DNA of 32,000 nucleotides from Synechococcus elongatus PCC 6301 (lineage in GTDB: Bacteria > Cyanobacteriota > Cyanobacteriia > Synechococcales > Synechococcaceae). The position numbers and the translations under genes were made by a program. The DNA is taken from positions 1,560,001 to 1,592,000 of the forward strand of contig NC_006576.1 in assembly GCF_000010065.1 (NCBI RefSeq). The letters are read 5' to 3'. Positions 1-8,277 of this stretch are shown piece by piece (the first letter of the stretch is position 1; each line of letters opens with the position of its first letter). The notes under the pieces were generated by a model. That model was not told the origin of the DNA and did not search any database. It saw nothing but the letters and a program-made list of their open reading frames with translations.

Positions 1-36
1 GCCTGTTGGCGTCTGACTCTTGGGATAGAACGGCTG

Positions 37-582
37 ATGCCAACTGAGTTACGAGCAACGGCGATCGCAGGCGTGCTGGAACTCATTAGTCAGCCTTTTC
101 AGGATCATCGAGGTGCTTTTCTCAATGCTTTTCGGGAACAAGAGCCTGCGTTTGCAGAAGCTTGGGGAGACCGCAGGATTGCCCAAGTGAATCTGAGCCG
201 AACTGACAGAGTTGGAGCGATTCGGGGGCTACATTTGCAAGCAGCACCTCACAGTGAAGCAAAGCTCGTTCGTTGTCTACGAGGACGGGTGTGGGATGTT
301 GCAGTTGATCTGCGGCAGGATTCTGCAACCTATGGCCAATGGCAAGCAGTAGAACTATCTCCTGAGCAAGCTAATGCACTACTGATTCCTGAAGGCTGTG
401 CTCATGGTTTCCAGGTGCTCGAAGCCAATAGCGAATTACTCTATCTGCATTCTGGGACTTGGGTACCAGAAGCCGAGACGGGCATTCGTTGGGACGATCC
501 TCAACTGGCGATCGCTTGGCCGCTGCCGATGTCTGAACTAAGCGATCGCGATCGCGCTTTACCGTTTCTCTCGGGATTATGA
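37..582 (+). CDS. dTDP-4-dehydrorhamnose 3,5-epimerase-like cupin (RmlC family NDP-sugar epimerase)
   Basis: 181 aa. RmlC-type motifs: DHRGAF, NLSRT..GAIRGLHLQ, KLVRCLRGRVWDVAVDLR, LLIPEGCAHGF. Native GC with four HIP1 sites. Its stop overlaps the next start (ATGA at 579-582). Confidence 0.8.
   Translation: MPTELRATAIAGVLELISQPFQDHRGAFLNAFREQEPAFAEAWGDRRIAQVNLSRTDRVGAIRGLHLQAAPHSEAKLVRCLRGRVWDVAVDLRQDSATYGQWQAVELSPEQANALLIPEGCAHGFQVLEANSELLYLHSGTWVPEAETGIRWDDPQLAIAWPLPMSELSDRDRALPFLSGL
542..555. repeat. HIP1 (GCGATCGC) palindromes; two overlapping copies shown as an example
   Basis: gcgatcgcgatcgc. The same octamer recurs about 3-4 times per kb in 12.6-25.7 kb and 28.1-32 kb. It is almost absent from 556-12650 and from 27215-28166. 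Confidence 0.95.
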
Positions 583-1811
583 GTCATTCCTGCCGCCACT
601 GTGGATCGCTCCTCCAGCAAGAGGTGATCGATCTGGGGCACCAACCACCCAGCAATGCTTACCTAACGGCAGAGCAGTTGTTGTTGCCCGAGCTGACCTA
701 TCCGCTCAAGGTCTATGTTTGTACGGACTGTTGGCTTGTACAGTTACCGGCGCATGCGGCGGCTGAGGAACTCTTTACAGCTGACTATGCCTATTTTTCG
801 AGTACGTCTGAGAGCTGGTGTGCCCATGCTCAGCGGTTTGTGGAGCAAGCAGTTGAGCAACTAGAGCTAGGACCCAAGAGTTTGGTAGTGGAGATAGCCA
901 GTAATGATGGCTACCTACTGCAGTATGTGCAGCAGCGGGGGATTCCTTGCTTGGGTATTGAACCAACGCAAGCAACTGCCAATGCTGCTCGCAATCGGGG
1001 GATTGAAACGATTGAGCGCTTCTTTGGAACAGCACTGGCCGAGGAACTCACTGCCGAAGGCGCTCCGGTGAGTGGCGGGGCCGATTTGGTAGTAGCTAAC
1101 AACGTCTTGGCGCATGTGCCCGACATTAATGACTTTATGGCGGGGATTGCAAAGCTGCTAAAACCTCAAGGCCGGGCTTCGCTGGAGTTTCCACACTTGC
1201 TGAGGCTGTTGGAAGGTAATCAGTTTGACACGATCTATCACGAGCATTACAGCTACCTAAGCCTAAAGGTTGTGCAGCAGATTGCTAATCTTGTAGGCCT
1301 AGTGATTGCAGATGTAGAGCAGCTAGCAACACATGGAGGGAGTTTACGAGTTTGGTTGGTCCATCAAGGAACCACAGAACCCAGCAGATCTGTTGAGGAA
1401 TTACTGGCAATTGAGGCAATAAGCCAGCTCGAGCAGATTGAGACCTATACTGATTTTCAGAAGCGGGCAGAGGCTGCAAAAGACGATTTGTTAGGTTTTT
1501 TACTACAGGAAAAGCAAAATGGAAAATTTGTTTTAGGCTATGGCGCTGCAGCTAAAGGAAATACCTTGCTGAACTATGCAGGAGTCAAAGTAGATTTACT
1601 ACCTGCTGTAGCGGATCGAGCGATGAGTAAGCAAGGAAAATTTCTACCAGGTAGCCATATTCCCGTCATCAGTCCAGAGGAACTTATCAAACAACAGGTT
1701 GATTGGCTGTTGGTATTGCCATGGAATCTTGTTCATGAAATTAGAAAACAGTTACCTGAATATCCATTGGTCACGGCAATTCCTGAATTAAAGACTTGGA
1801 GTTCTCAATAA
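579..1811 (+). CDS. NDP-hexose C-methyltransferase (Zn-ribbon + class I SAM MTase + C-terminal C-MTase domain; TylCIII/KijD1-like)
   Basis: 410 aa. N-terminal 4-Cys ribbon (CRHCGS ... CTDC), SAM-binding strand VVEIASNDGYLL, and C-terminal GYGAAAKGNTLLNY typical of sugar C-methyltransferases. GC falls from ~58% to ~38% along the ORF. Confidence 0.72.
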   Translation: MSHSCRHCGSLLQQEVIDLGHQPPSNAYLTAEQLLLPELTYPLKVYVCTDCWLVQLPAHAAAEELFTADYAYFSSTSESWCAHAQRFVEQAVEQLELGPKSLVVEIASNDGYLLQYVQQRGIPCLGIEPTQATANAARNRGIETIERFFGTALAEELTAEGAPVSGGADLVVANNVLAHVPDINDFMAGIAKLLKPQGRASLEFPHLLRLLEGNQFDTIYHEHYSYLSLKVVQQIANLVGLVIADVEQLATHGGSLRVWLVHQGTTEPSRSVEELLAIEAISQLEQIETYTDFQKRAEAAKDDLLGFLLQEKQNGKFVLGYGAAAKGNTLLNYAGVKVDLLPAVADRAMSKQGKFLPGSHIPVISPEELIKQQVDWLLVLPWNLVHEIRKQLPEYPLVTAIPELKTWSSQ

Positions 1812-1814
1812 TTT

Positions 1815-2942
1815 ATGGCTAAGCAATCCTATCGGAAAATTCCTTACACCAAGCCTTCAATTACTGAGCTGGAGATTCAATATGCAACTGATGCAGCCCG
1901 AAACGGCTGGGGTGAACATTGCTATGACTACATCATCCGCTTTGAAGAAGCATTTAAACAACACCTAGGTGTGCAATATGCCATTGCAACCAGTAGCTGT
2001 ACTGGTGCTTTGCACATGGGTATGCATGCTTTAGGGATTGGTCCTGGTGATGAGGTGATACTGGCCGATACGAATTGGATAGCTACTGCAGCTCCAATTA
2101 TTCATCTCGGGGCTATACCAGTCTTTGTGGATATTTTGCCGGATAGTTGGTGTTTAGATCCTGAGCAAGTTCAAGCTGCTATTACACCTAAGACAAAGGC
2201 AATCATAGCAGTGCATTTATATGGAAATCTTTGTGAGATGGATGCTTTGCTGGCAATCGGAGAGCGATACAGCATTCCTGTTATTGAAGATGCAGCCGAG
2301 GCAATTGGGTCGGTCTATCACGGTAAGCGGGCAGGTAGCATGGGTCGCTTCGGAGCATTCTCATCTCATGGTACCAAGACCATTACAACTGGTGAAGGCG
2401 GGATGTTTGTCACCAATGATCCGGAACTATATGAACATGTTCTAACGCTTTCTAATCATGGAAGAGCTCGCGGGCAGACTAAGCAATTTTGGCCTGACAT
2501 GGTCGGCTTTAAGTACAAAATGAGTAATATCCAAGCTGCAATTGGCTATGCTCAAATGCAACGCATCGAGATTCTTATACATATGAAACGTAAAATCTTT
2601 TCGATGTATCAGAACTATCTTAAGGATCTCCCAGTTCAAATGAATCATGAGCCTAGAGGCTGTACGAATGGGTACTGGATGCCAACATTTGTGGTTAACG
2701 AAAAAGTTTCTTTTAATCGCAATAAGTTGATTAGCAAGCTGAAATCAAATGGGGTGGATGCTAGGGTGTTTTTCTGGCCTCTTAGCTCAACATCAACCGG
2801 AGGCCGTAAAGCCTTAGATAAGCCTTACCTTTCAGAAAGCATTCATCTACATGCACTAAATCTTCCTTCTCACTACCAACTTAGCAATGAAGAAAGTATG
2901 TTTATTTGCACTCTTATAAAGAATACATCCTTTTCTGGGTAA
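1815..2942 (+). CDS. DegT/DnrJ/EryC1/StrS-family PLP-dependent NDP-sugar aminotransferase
   Basis: 375 aa. ATSSCTGALHMGMHALGIGPGDEVI and the PLP-lysine motif FSSHGTKTITTGEGGM. It starts 3 nt after the preceding stop. Confidence 0.85.
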   Translation: MAKQSYRKIPYTKPSITELEIQYATDAARNGWGEHCYDYIIRFEEAFKQHLGVQYAIATSSCTGALHMGMHALGIGPGDEVILADTNWIATAAPIIHLGAIPVFVDILPDSWCLDPEQVQAAITPKTKAIIAVHLYGNLCEMDALLAIGERYSIPVIEDAAEAIGSVYHGKRAGSMGRFGAFSSHGTKTITTGEGGMFVTNDPELYEHVLTLSNHGRARGQTKQFWPDMVGFKYKMSNIQAAIGYAQMQRIEILIHMKRKIFSMYQNYLKDLPVQMNHEPRGCTNGYWMPTFVVNEKVSFNRNKLISKLKSNGVDARVFFWPLSSTSTGGRKALDKPYLSESIHLHALNLPSHYQLSNEESMFICTLIKNTSFSG

Positions 2943-2976
2943 TCTAGAGAATAGTTTACTGCATACTTGAAACAAA

Positions 2977-3660
2977 ATGAATACAAACTGCATTAGGAAT
3001 CTCATTCATGATCTCAAGTCAAGTGACCACACTAGCTTCTCGAAGATGAGAATACAAATACTCAATGATGATGGCGAAAGAGTTGGTTATCTTATACCAA
3101 TAAATAAGCATCTGGCAAGTAATCCTTTTGTCATACAGAAACTGACTAAGTGGCGAAAGATGTTTAAAAAATACTTTCTAACTCAATTCACACCTACAGA
3201 AAACAGAACAAAAAGCTGGCTAGAATCTGTAGTTCTACCAAGCGGCAACAGAGTATTGTTTTTGATATATACATCTAGTAATGACATCATAGGTAATTTC
3301 GGAATTTGCGATTTAAGCGAAGAAAAAGCAGAACTGGATAACTTAATTCGCGGAGAGAAAGGAGGCCACCCACAGCTAATTTACTTTGCTGAACTATCTC
3401 TCCTAAGATGGCTTTTTTATGACCTTTGTATTCCCAAGGTGTGCTTGCATGTTTTCTCGAATAACTACAAAACAATTTCACTCCATGAGAGTGTAGGTTT
3501 TCGCACAACTGCGAGTTATTCCCTAGCTAAAGAAGAGCATTTAGATGAAATCAAGTATACTCCTTGTGAGGTTTTTGATAGTAATTTTAGCGAGTTCTCC
3601 TACTTAGAGATGACCCTTATTGCTTCGGAGTTCAAAAAAATCCATGAGTGTTTAAGATAA
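2977..3660 (+). CDS. GNAT-like (RimJ/RimL/PseH-like) acyltransferase, putative amino-sugar N-acyltransferase
   Basis: 227 aa. Pattern WRKMF..F...T.E.T..WL, then IGNFGI.., E..NLIRGEKGG, then V.LHVFSNNYKTISLHESVGF resembles the GNAT fold. Assigned from pattern memory only; very AT-rich. Confidence 0.45.
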   Translation: MNTNCIRNLIHDLKSSDHTSFSKMRIQILNDDGERVGYLIPINKHLASNPFVIQKLTKWRKMFKKYFLTQFTPTENRTKSWLESVVLPSGNRVLFLIYTSSNDIIGNFGICDLSEEKAELDNLIRGEKGGHPQLIYFAELSLLRWLFYDLCIPKVCLHVFSNNYKTISLHESVGFRTTASYSLAKEEHLDEIKYTPCEVFDSNFSEFSYLEMTLIASEFKKIHECLR

Positions 3661-3692
3661 AGTGCTAATCGTTACAACCTCCCCATTACAGG

Positions 3693-4460
3693 ATGAAAAC
3701 TCCTCAAGAACTTGCATTTCAAGCTGAGAAGGCAACCTTAGTGGCACAGCAGGGCGAGAACCAAAAAGCTCGTGAGCTCGCCTTAGAATTTCTAAATGAA
3801 ACTGGAAATACAAAATATGCCTACCACTTTTCTTGGATAAACAGGCCAATAGTACAGCTACCTCAAGACATTGTCGCTTTTCAAGAAATTGTTTCCTCTG
3901 TTCAGCCAGACATTATCATCGAAACAGGGGTTGCCCATGGTGGCTCCCTCGCTTTGTCGGCTTCACTGCTATGCCTGCTAGATGTTATGGAAGGCTTAAA
4001 CCCGCGTCAGTCTAGCCGTAAAGTCATTGGTGTTGATATTGAGATTCGTCCCCACAATCGCAAGGCATTAGATGAGCATCCCTTACGATTCAAGATGGAG
4101 CTCATTGAAGGATCGTCGATCGATCCCAAAATTATTCAACAAGTAAAGAGTCATGTACAAAGCTCAGAACGGGTCTTAGTATCGCTCGACTCAAACCATA
4201 CTCATGAGCATGTGATGGCTGAGCTAAATGCCTACGCTAGTTTAGTCACTGCAGGTAGCTATTGTATCGTTTTTGATACTGTAATTGAAGATTTACCAGC
4301 AGGCTCTTTTCCCGACCGGGCTTGGGATGTAGGCAATAATCCTAAAACTGCTGTGCACGAATGGCTGAAGAGTCATCCTGAATTTGCGATCGATAAAGAT
4401 ATTGATAACAAACTACTGATCAGTGTTGCTCCAGATGGATATCTAAAACGGATTTTTTGA
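3693..4460 (+). CDS. CmcI/cephalosporin-hydroxylase-family SAM methyltransferase (sugar O-methyltransferase-like)
   Basis: 255 aa. FSWINRPIVQLPQDIVAFQEIVSSVQPDIIIETGVAHGGSLALSA is the hallmark CmcI-family N-terminal core. Confidence 0.7.
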   Translation: MKTPQELAFQAEKATLVAQQGENQKARELALEFLNETGNTKYAYHFSWINRPIVQLPQDIVAFQEIVSSVQPDIIIETGVAHGGSLALSASLLCLLDVMEGLNPRQSSRKVIGVDIEIRPHNRKALDEHPLRFKMELIEGSSIDPKIIQQVKSHVQSSERVLVSLDSNHTHEHVMAELNAYASLVTAGSYCIVFDTVIEDLPAGSFPDRAWDVGNNPKTAVHEWLKSHPEFAIDKDIDNKLLISVAPDGYLKRIF

Positions 4461-4530
4461 ACGTATGTAAAATTTAAATTTCTTGAAATATTAACTGTTA
4501 AACTCCTACAAGAACAACGAATGCAGTTAA

Positions 4531-5679
4531 ATGACAAAATTTTCTATTATTATTCCCACACGAGAAAGGGTAGGAACCCTTCTCTATACTCTTCCTGCTT
4601 GCCTCAGAGTTGAGCGCGACGATATTGAGTTCGTCGTTTGTGATAACTATAGTCAAGATGGCACAGCAGATTATTTAAAGTCTATTCAAGACCATCGCGT
4701 CAGGATATATCGTACTAATCAACGACTTTCTATGAAAGATAACTTTGAGCATGGGCTTGCGCGTGCTCAAGGTGAATATATTTGTTTTATGGGCGATGAC
4801 GATCTAATTATCCCAAGTCTTTTTCCACTTGTCGAAAAAGAACTAGAAAATGTAGAAACTGTTTGCTGGAATCGCTGGGTTTATTATTGGCCTGACTCCT
4901 ATGAATCACCTAATATGCTGATAGTTAATAATAATAATTTTAGTGTTATCTTAAGCTCGTCAAGGGCTTTAGATTTTGCCCTGCGATACTTCTTAAACTA
5001 TCAGAACTTACCATCTCTCTACAACTCATTTACCCATCGAAAAATCGTTCAAAGAGTTATTAATTATAACTGTCTAAACTTAGAAACTGAAAAATTTTAT
5101 CCTCAAGATGCAATTTCTCCTGATGTATTTTCTGCTTTGCAAATACTCAAATTTACCAATAGTTTTGCTCATATAGGACTACCTTTAACAGTTTCAGGCA
5201 TATCTAGTTCAAGTAATGGAGCAGGAGTTAGGAATAACTCTGAGGAATCAAAAAAGTTCATTCAAGAGTTAAAAGTCGAGAAGCTTAGTGATTTATTGCA
5301 CGTTTCTTTGTCAGCATTATTAACCCAGAAGATATCATATTACATAACTAATTTAAGTGATTATATAAGCTTTATCATAAACTATATACCAGAAACCTTG
5401 CAAGAAGATATATTTCTTGATCTGATTGCATCTGGATGTAGAACATTATTTGATATCGGGGATATTGATGCCGATACAGCAACTCAGTTTATGGCTGGTT
5501 ATGATATTTCCCCGTGGGTGGTAAATGGGAGGCTCAACTTGATGGATCAGGGATTTTATACCTTGTTTAGAGTTCCTATGTTCAATAGAGTAGTTATTAA
5601 TGGTGATGAACATAGTCTTAGTAACTCTCTTAATGCATCAGTATTCTTAGATGATTATTTCAGCTCTTTAATATATTGA
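4531..5679 (+). CDS. Family 2 glycosyltransferase
   Basis: 382 aa. FSIIIPTRER, VVCDNYSQDGT, GEYICFMGDDDLI (GT-A DxD region). Confidence 0.75.
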   Translation: MTKFSIIIPTRERVGTLLYTLPACLRVERDDIEFVVCDNYSQDGTADYLKSIQDHRVRIYRTNQRLSMKDNFEHGLARAQGEYICFMGDDDLIIPSLFPLVEKELENVETVCWNRWVYYWPDSYESPNMLIVNNNNFSVILSSSRALDFALRYFLNYQNLPSLYNSFTHRKIVQRVINYNCLNLETEKFYPQDAISPDVFSALQILKFTNSFAHIGLPLTVSGISSSSNGAGVRNNSEESKKFIQELKVEKLSDLLHVSLSALLTQKISYYITNLSDYISFIINYIPETLQEDIFLDLIASGCRTLFDIGDIDADTATQFMAGYDISPWVVNGRLNLMDQGFYTLFRVPMFNRVVINGDEHSLSNSLNASVFLDDYFSSLIY

Positions 5680-5852
5680 ATAATTACCAACAGATTAGTT
5701 GGCACAAAATTCATCTTTTACTAATCTTTCATGGGTCGACATCATTAAATAAATGCATCAATTTTTAAGGTTATAGGGATTTTATTGTGGTTCGGTTGAA
5801 AGCATCTAATTGTGGAACAATATAAATAAATCTTTTTGGGAGTAGCTAAAAA

Positions 5853-6371
5853 ATGAGATTACATATTGGTGGAAGAGAAAAGCATCCGGATTGGAAAATT
5901 TTTGATGCTCTAGAACGACCAGAAGTTAACTTTGTTGGTAATGCAGCTGATTTAAGCCAGTTTGCAGATGACTCGATCGAAGCAATTTATGCAAGCCATG
6001 TGCTAGAGCATTTTCATCATTCACTAGGAAATGAGCTAGTTTCAGTCTTGCTAGAGTGGAGACGGGTCCTACTACCAAATGGAAAGCTATATATTAGCGT
6101 ACCAGATTTACAGACCTTAAGTTGGCTCTTTTTAAGCCCAATGGCCGGATTTCAGCACCGCCTACAGATTATGCGGATGATGTTTGGAGGACAGGTTGAT
6201 CAATATGATGTTCATAAAGTTGGGTTTGACTGCGAGATTCTATTTACATATCTGCAAGCAGCTAAGTTTTCGGACTATGAGCGAGTTGAGAACTTTGAAC
6301 TCTTCCAAGATTGTAGTAATTTAGTATTTTTGGGGTACCCAATTAGCCTTAACGTCGTTGCAGTTAAATGA
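5853..6371 (+). CDS. Small class I SAM-dependent methyltransferase (type 11-like)
   Basis: 172 aa. LHIGGREKHPDWKIFD, DDSIEAIYASHVLEHF, RVLLPNGKLYISVPD. Confidence 0.6.
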   Translation: MRLHIGGREKHPDWKIFDALERPEVNFVGNAADLSQFADDSIEAIYASHVLEHFHHSLGNELVSVLLEWRRVLLPNGKLYISVPDLQTLSWLFLSPMAGFQHRLQIMRMMFGGQVDQYDVHKVGFDCEILFTYLQAAKFSDYERVENFELFQDCSNLVFLGYPISLNVVAVK

Positions 6372-6375
6372 ATCT

Positions 6376-8277
6376 ATGAGTACTCAGGACAACAGTTTGG
6401 CAGAAAATTATTACCAACAAGCGATCGAGCAATGGAAGTCTAGAGATCAGAAACAAGCACTTCAATTTTTTAAAAAAGCAGTGAGAGCAAAGCCAAGTAA
6501 TGCTCATTATTGGTATGCACTGGCTGGAACATACCATATACAGAACAAGTTTCGTGCAGCTCGCTTTTGTTTTGAAAAGTCACTTAATTTAAATCCTAAT
6601 CAAGATGAAATCAAAATTTTTCTGTGCGAAATATGTTATTTACTAACAGATTATAAATCTGTCGCTTATTATGCTGGACAAGTAGATTTGAGTAAAATTC
6701 AAAATTTAGAGATCTTATATAAAGTTGCGTGCTCTTTTAAAGAACTTGGTCAGCTGGAGAAAACTGGTCAAGTCTGCTCTCAAATTTTGTCATTAGATGA
6801 TAACTTTTGGCAGGCAAAACTACTTGCTGCTGAGATACTAAGAATAAAGGGTTATTCAGGAGAAGCTAAAGTATTAGTTTTAGAATTAATAGACCAACAA
6901 CCTACCGTCGGTAAATTTTGGAATGAACTCGGTATTAATGAAGTTGATCTAGCTCATGAAGATGAAGCTTTATCCGCATTTTCTAAAGCTGAGCAATACG
7001 TATCTGGACCGGAGAAACTAATTATAGGAAGTAATTATTTATTTGAATTTTCTAGTGGGCTTAGAACAGCTAAAGATATTTTAGATGCACATTTACTTTG
7101 GAATAAAAAATATTGTAAAGATCAAGGTGGAAGTTTTCAATCAAGCAAGTTCAATTATTTAAAATCAAATGATAAAAAAAACATTGCCTATCTCTCGGGT
7201 GATTTTAAAACACATTCCGTAAGTTATTTCATTGAAGGAATTTTGGAGAATCACTCACGGGATGCGTTTAATATTATCTTGCTCTCGAATACTCAAGAGG
7301 ATGAAAAGACAAAAAAATTTAAGGAGTTAGCAGATATCTGGATTGACTTAAAGTTAACTAATTTTGAAACAGCTGCTCAGATTGTTAAAAGGCTAAATAT
7401 TGATATTCTTATTGAGCTTTCTGGACATACAAATGGTAACAAACTGAATCTTTTAAGTTCAAGACTAGCACCGGTTCAAGCTACTTATCTTGGCTACTTT
7501 GCTACAACAGGATTATCAACAATAGATTATTGGATAACAGACAATGTTGTTCACCCTGCTCACACTGTAGAGTTAGCAACAGAAACTATTTTTCGACTAC
7601 CACGGTGCTACTTGGCTTACACGCCACCACCTCAATCACCTAGTATCGCAGAGTCTCCAGTTATTAAAAATGGATATATTACATTTGGCTCTTTCGTTGC
7701 AAGTCGAAAGATTAGTGACTATTCAATCCTACTGTGGTCTTCTATCTTAAGTGAGATTCCGAATAGTCAGCTTTTAATTAAGAACCGAAGTTGCGTTAGC
7801 CCATTGTACCGCTCTGAGCTAATAGAAAAGTTTTCACTCTGTGGCATTAGTTCTCAGCGAATTAACTTCAACGAGGCTAAATTGAACTTAGAAGATCATC
7901 TTGCACTGTATAACAAGGTTGATATTGCACTTGATACCTATCCAGCGAGTGGCTGTACAACCACTGTCGAAGCACTCTGGATGGGTGTCCCAGTCTTAAC
8001 TCGCCTTGGTGAATTAATGGTTAGCCGTAATAGTGCTTCTTTGCTCCATGCACTCAATCTCCAAAATTGGATTGCAGAAACAGATGAAGAATACATTGAT
8101 AAGGGTATCAAATTTACTCAATCCATCGAACAGCTTGCCCTGTTAAGACAGGGTATGAGAGAGCGATTTATGCAGTCTGAACTCTATGATTCTAGGGGTC
8201 TCACCCTCCACCTAGAAGACTTTTATCTAAAAGCCTTACAGGAGAAGTTGAGCGCCAATAAAGAAGTTAGATTTTGA
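6376..8277 (+). CDS. TPR-repeat + GT41 (O-GlcNAc transferase / SPINDLY / HMW1C-like) glycosyltransferase
   Basis: N-terminal TPR-like repeats (AENYYQQAIEQW..AHYWYALAGTY..FEKSLNLNPNQ). C-terminal GT41 signature: IAYLSGDFKTHSVSYF, IDILIELSGHTNGNKL, APVQATYLGYFATTGLSTIDYWITD. The ORF track starts at a TTG (6358) that overlaps the previous gene; I prefer the in-frame ATG at 6376. Confidence 0.8.
   Translation: MSTQDNSLAENYYQQAIEQWKSRDQKQALQFFKKAVRAKPSNAHYWYALAGTYHIQNKFRAARFCFEKSLNLNPNQDEIKIFLCEICYLLTDYKSVAYYAGQVDLSKIQNLEILYKVACSFKELGQLEKTGQVCSQILSLDDNFWQAKLLAAEILRIKGYSGEAKVLVLELIDQQPTVGKFWNELGINEVDLAHEDEALSAFSKAEQYVSGPEKLIIGSNYLFEFSSGLRTAKDILDAHLLWNKKYCKDQGGSFQSSKFNYLKSNDKKNIAYLSGDFKTHSVSYFIEGILENHSRDAFNIILLSNTQEDEKTKKFKELADIWIDLKLTNFETAAQIVKRLNIDILIELSGHTNGNKLNLLSSRLAPVQATYLGYFATTGLSTIDYWITDNVVHPAHTVELATETIFRLPRCYLAYTPPPQSPSIAESPVIKNGYITFGSFVASRKISDYSILLWSSILSEIPNSQLLIKNRSCVSPLYRSELIEKFSLCGISSQRINFNEAKLNLEDHLALYNKVDIALDTYPASGCTTTVEALWMGVPVLTRLGELMVSRNSASLLHALNLQNWIAETDEEYIDKGIKFTQSIEQLALLRQGMRERFMQSELYDSRGLTLHLEDFYLKALQEKLSANKEVRF

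Noticed and set aside
5695-5740. 8-bp inverted repeat (agattagt ... actaatct) after the GT2 gene as a terminator
   Set aside because: The stem is short and AT-only, the loop is 20 nt and there is no U-tract. In 30% GC DNA such repeats are expected by chance.
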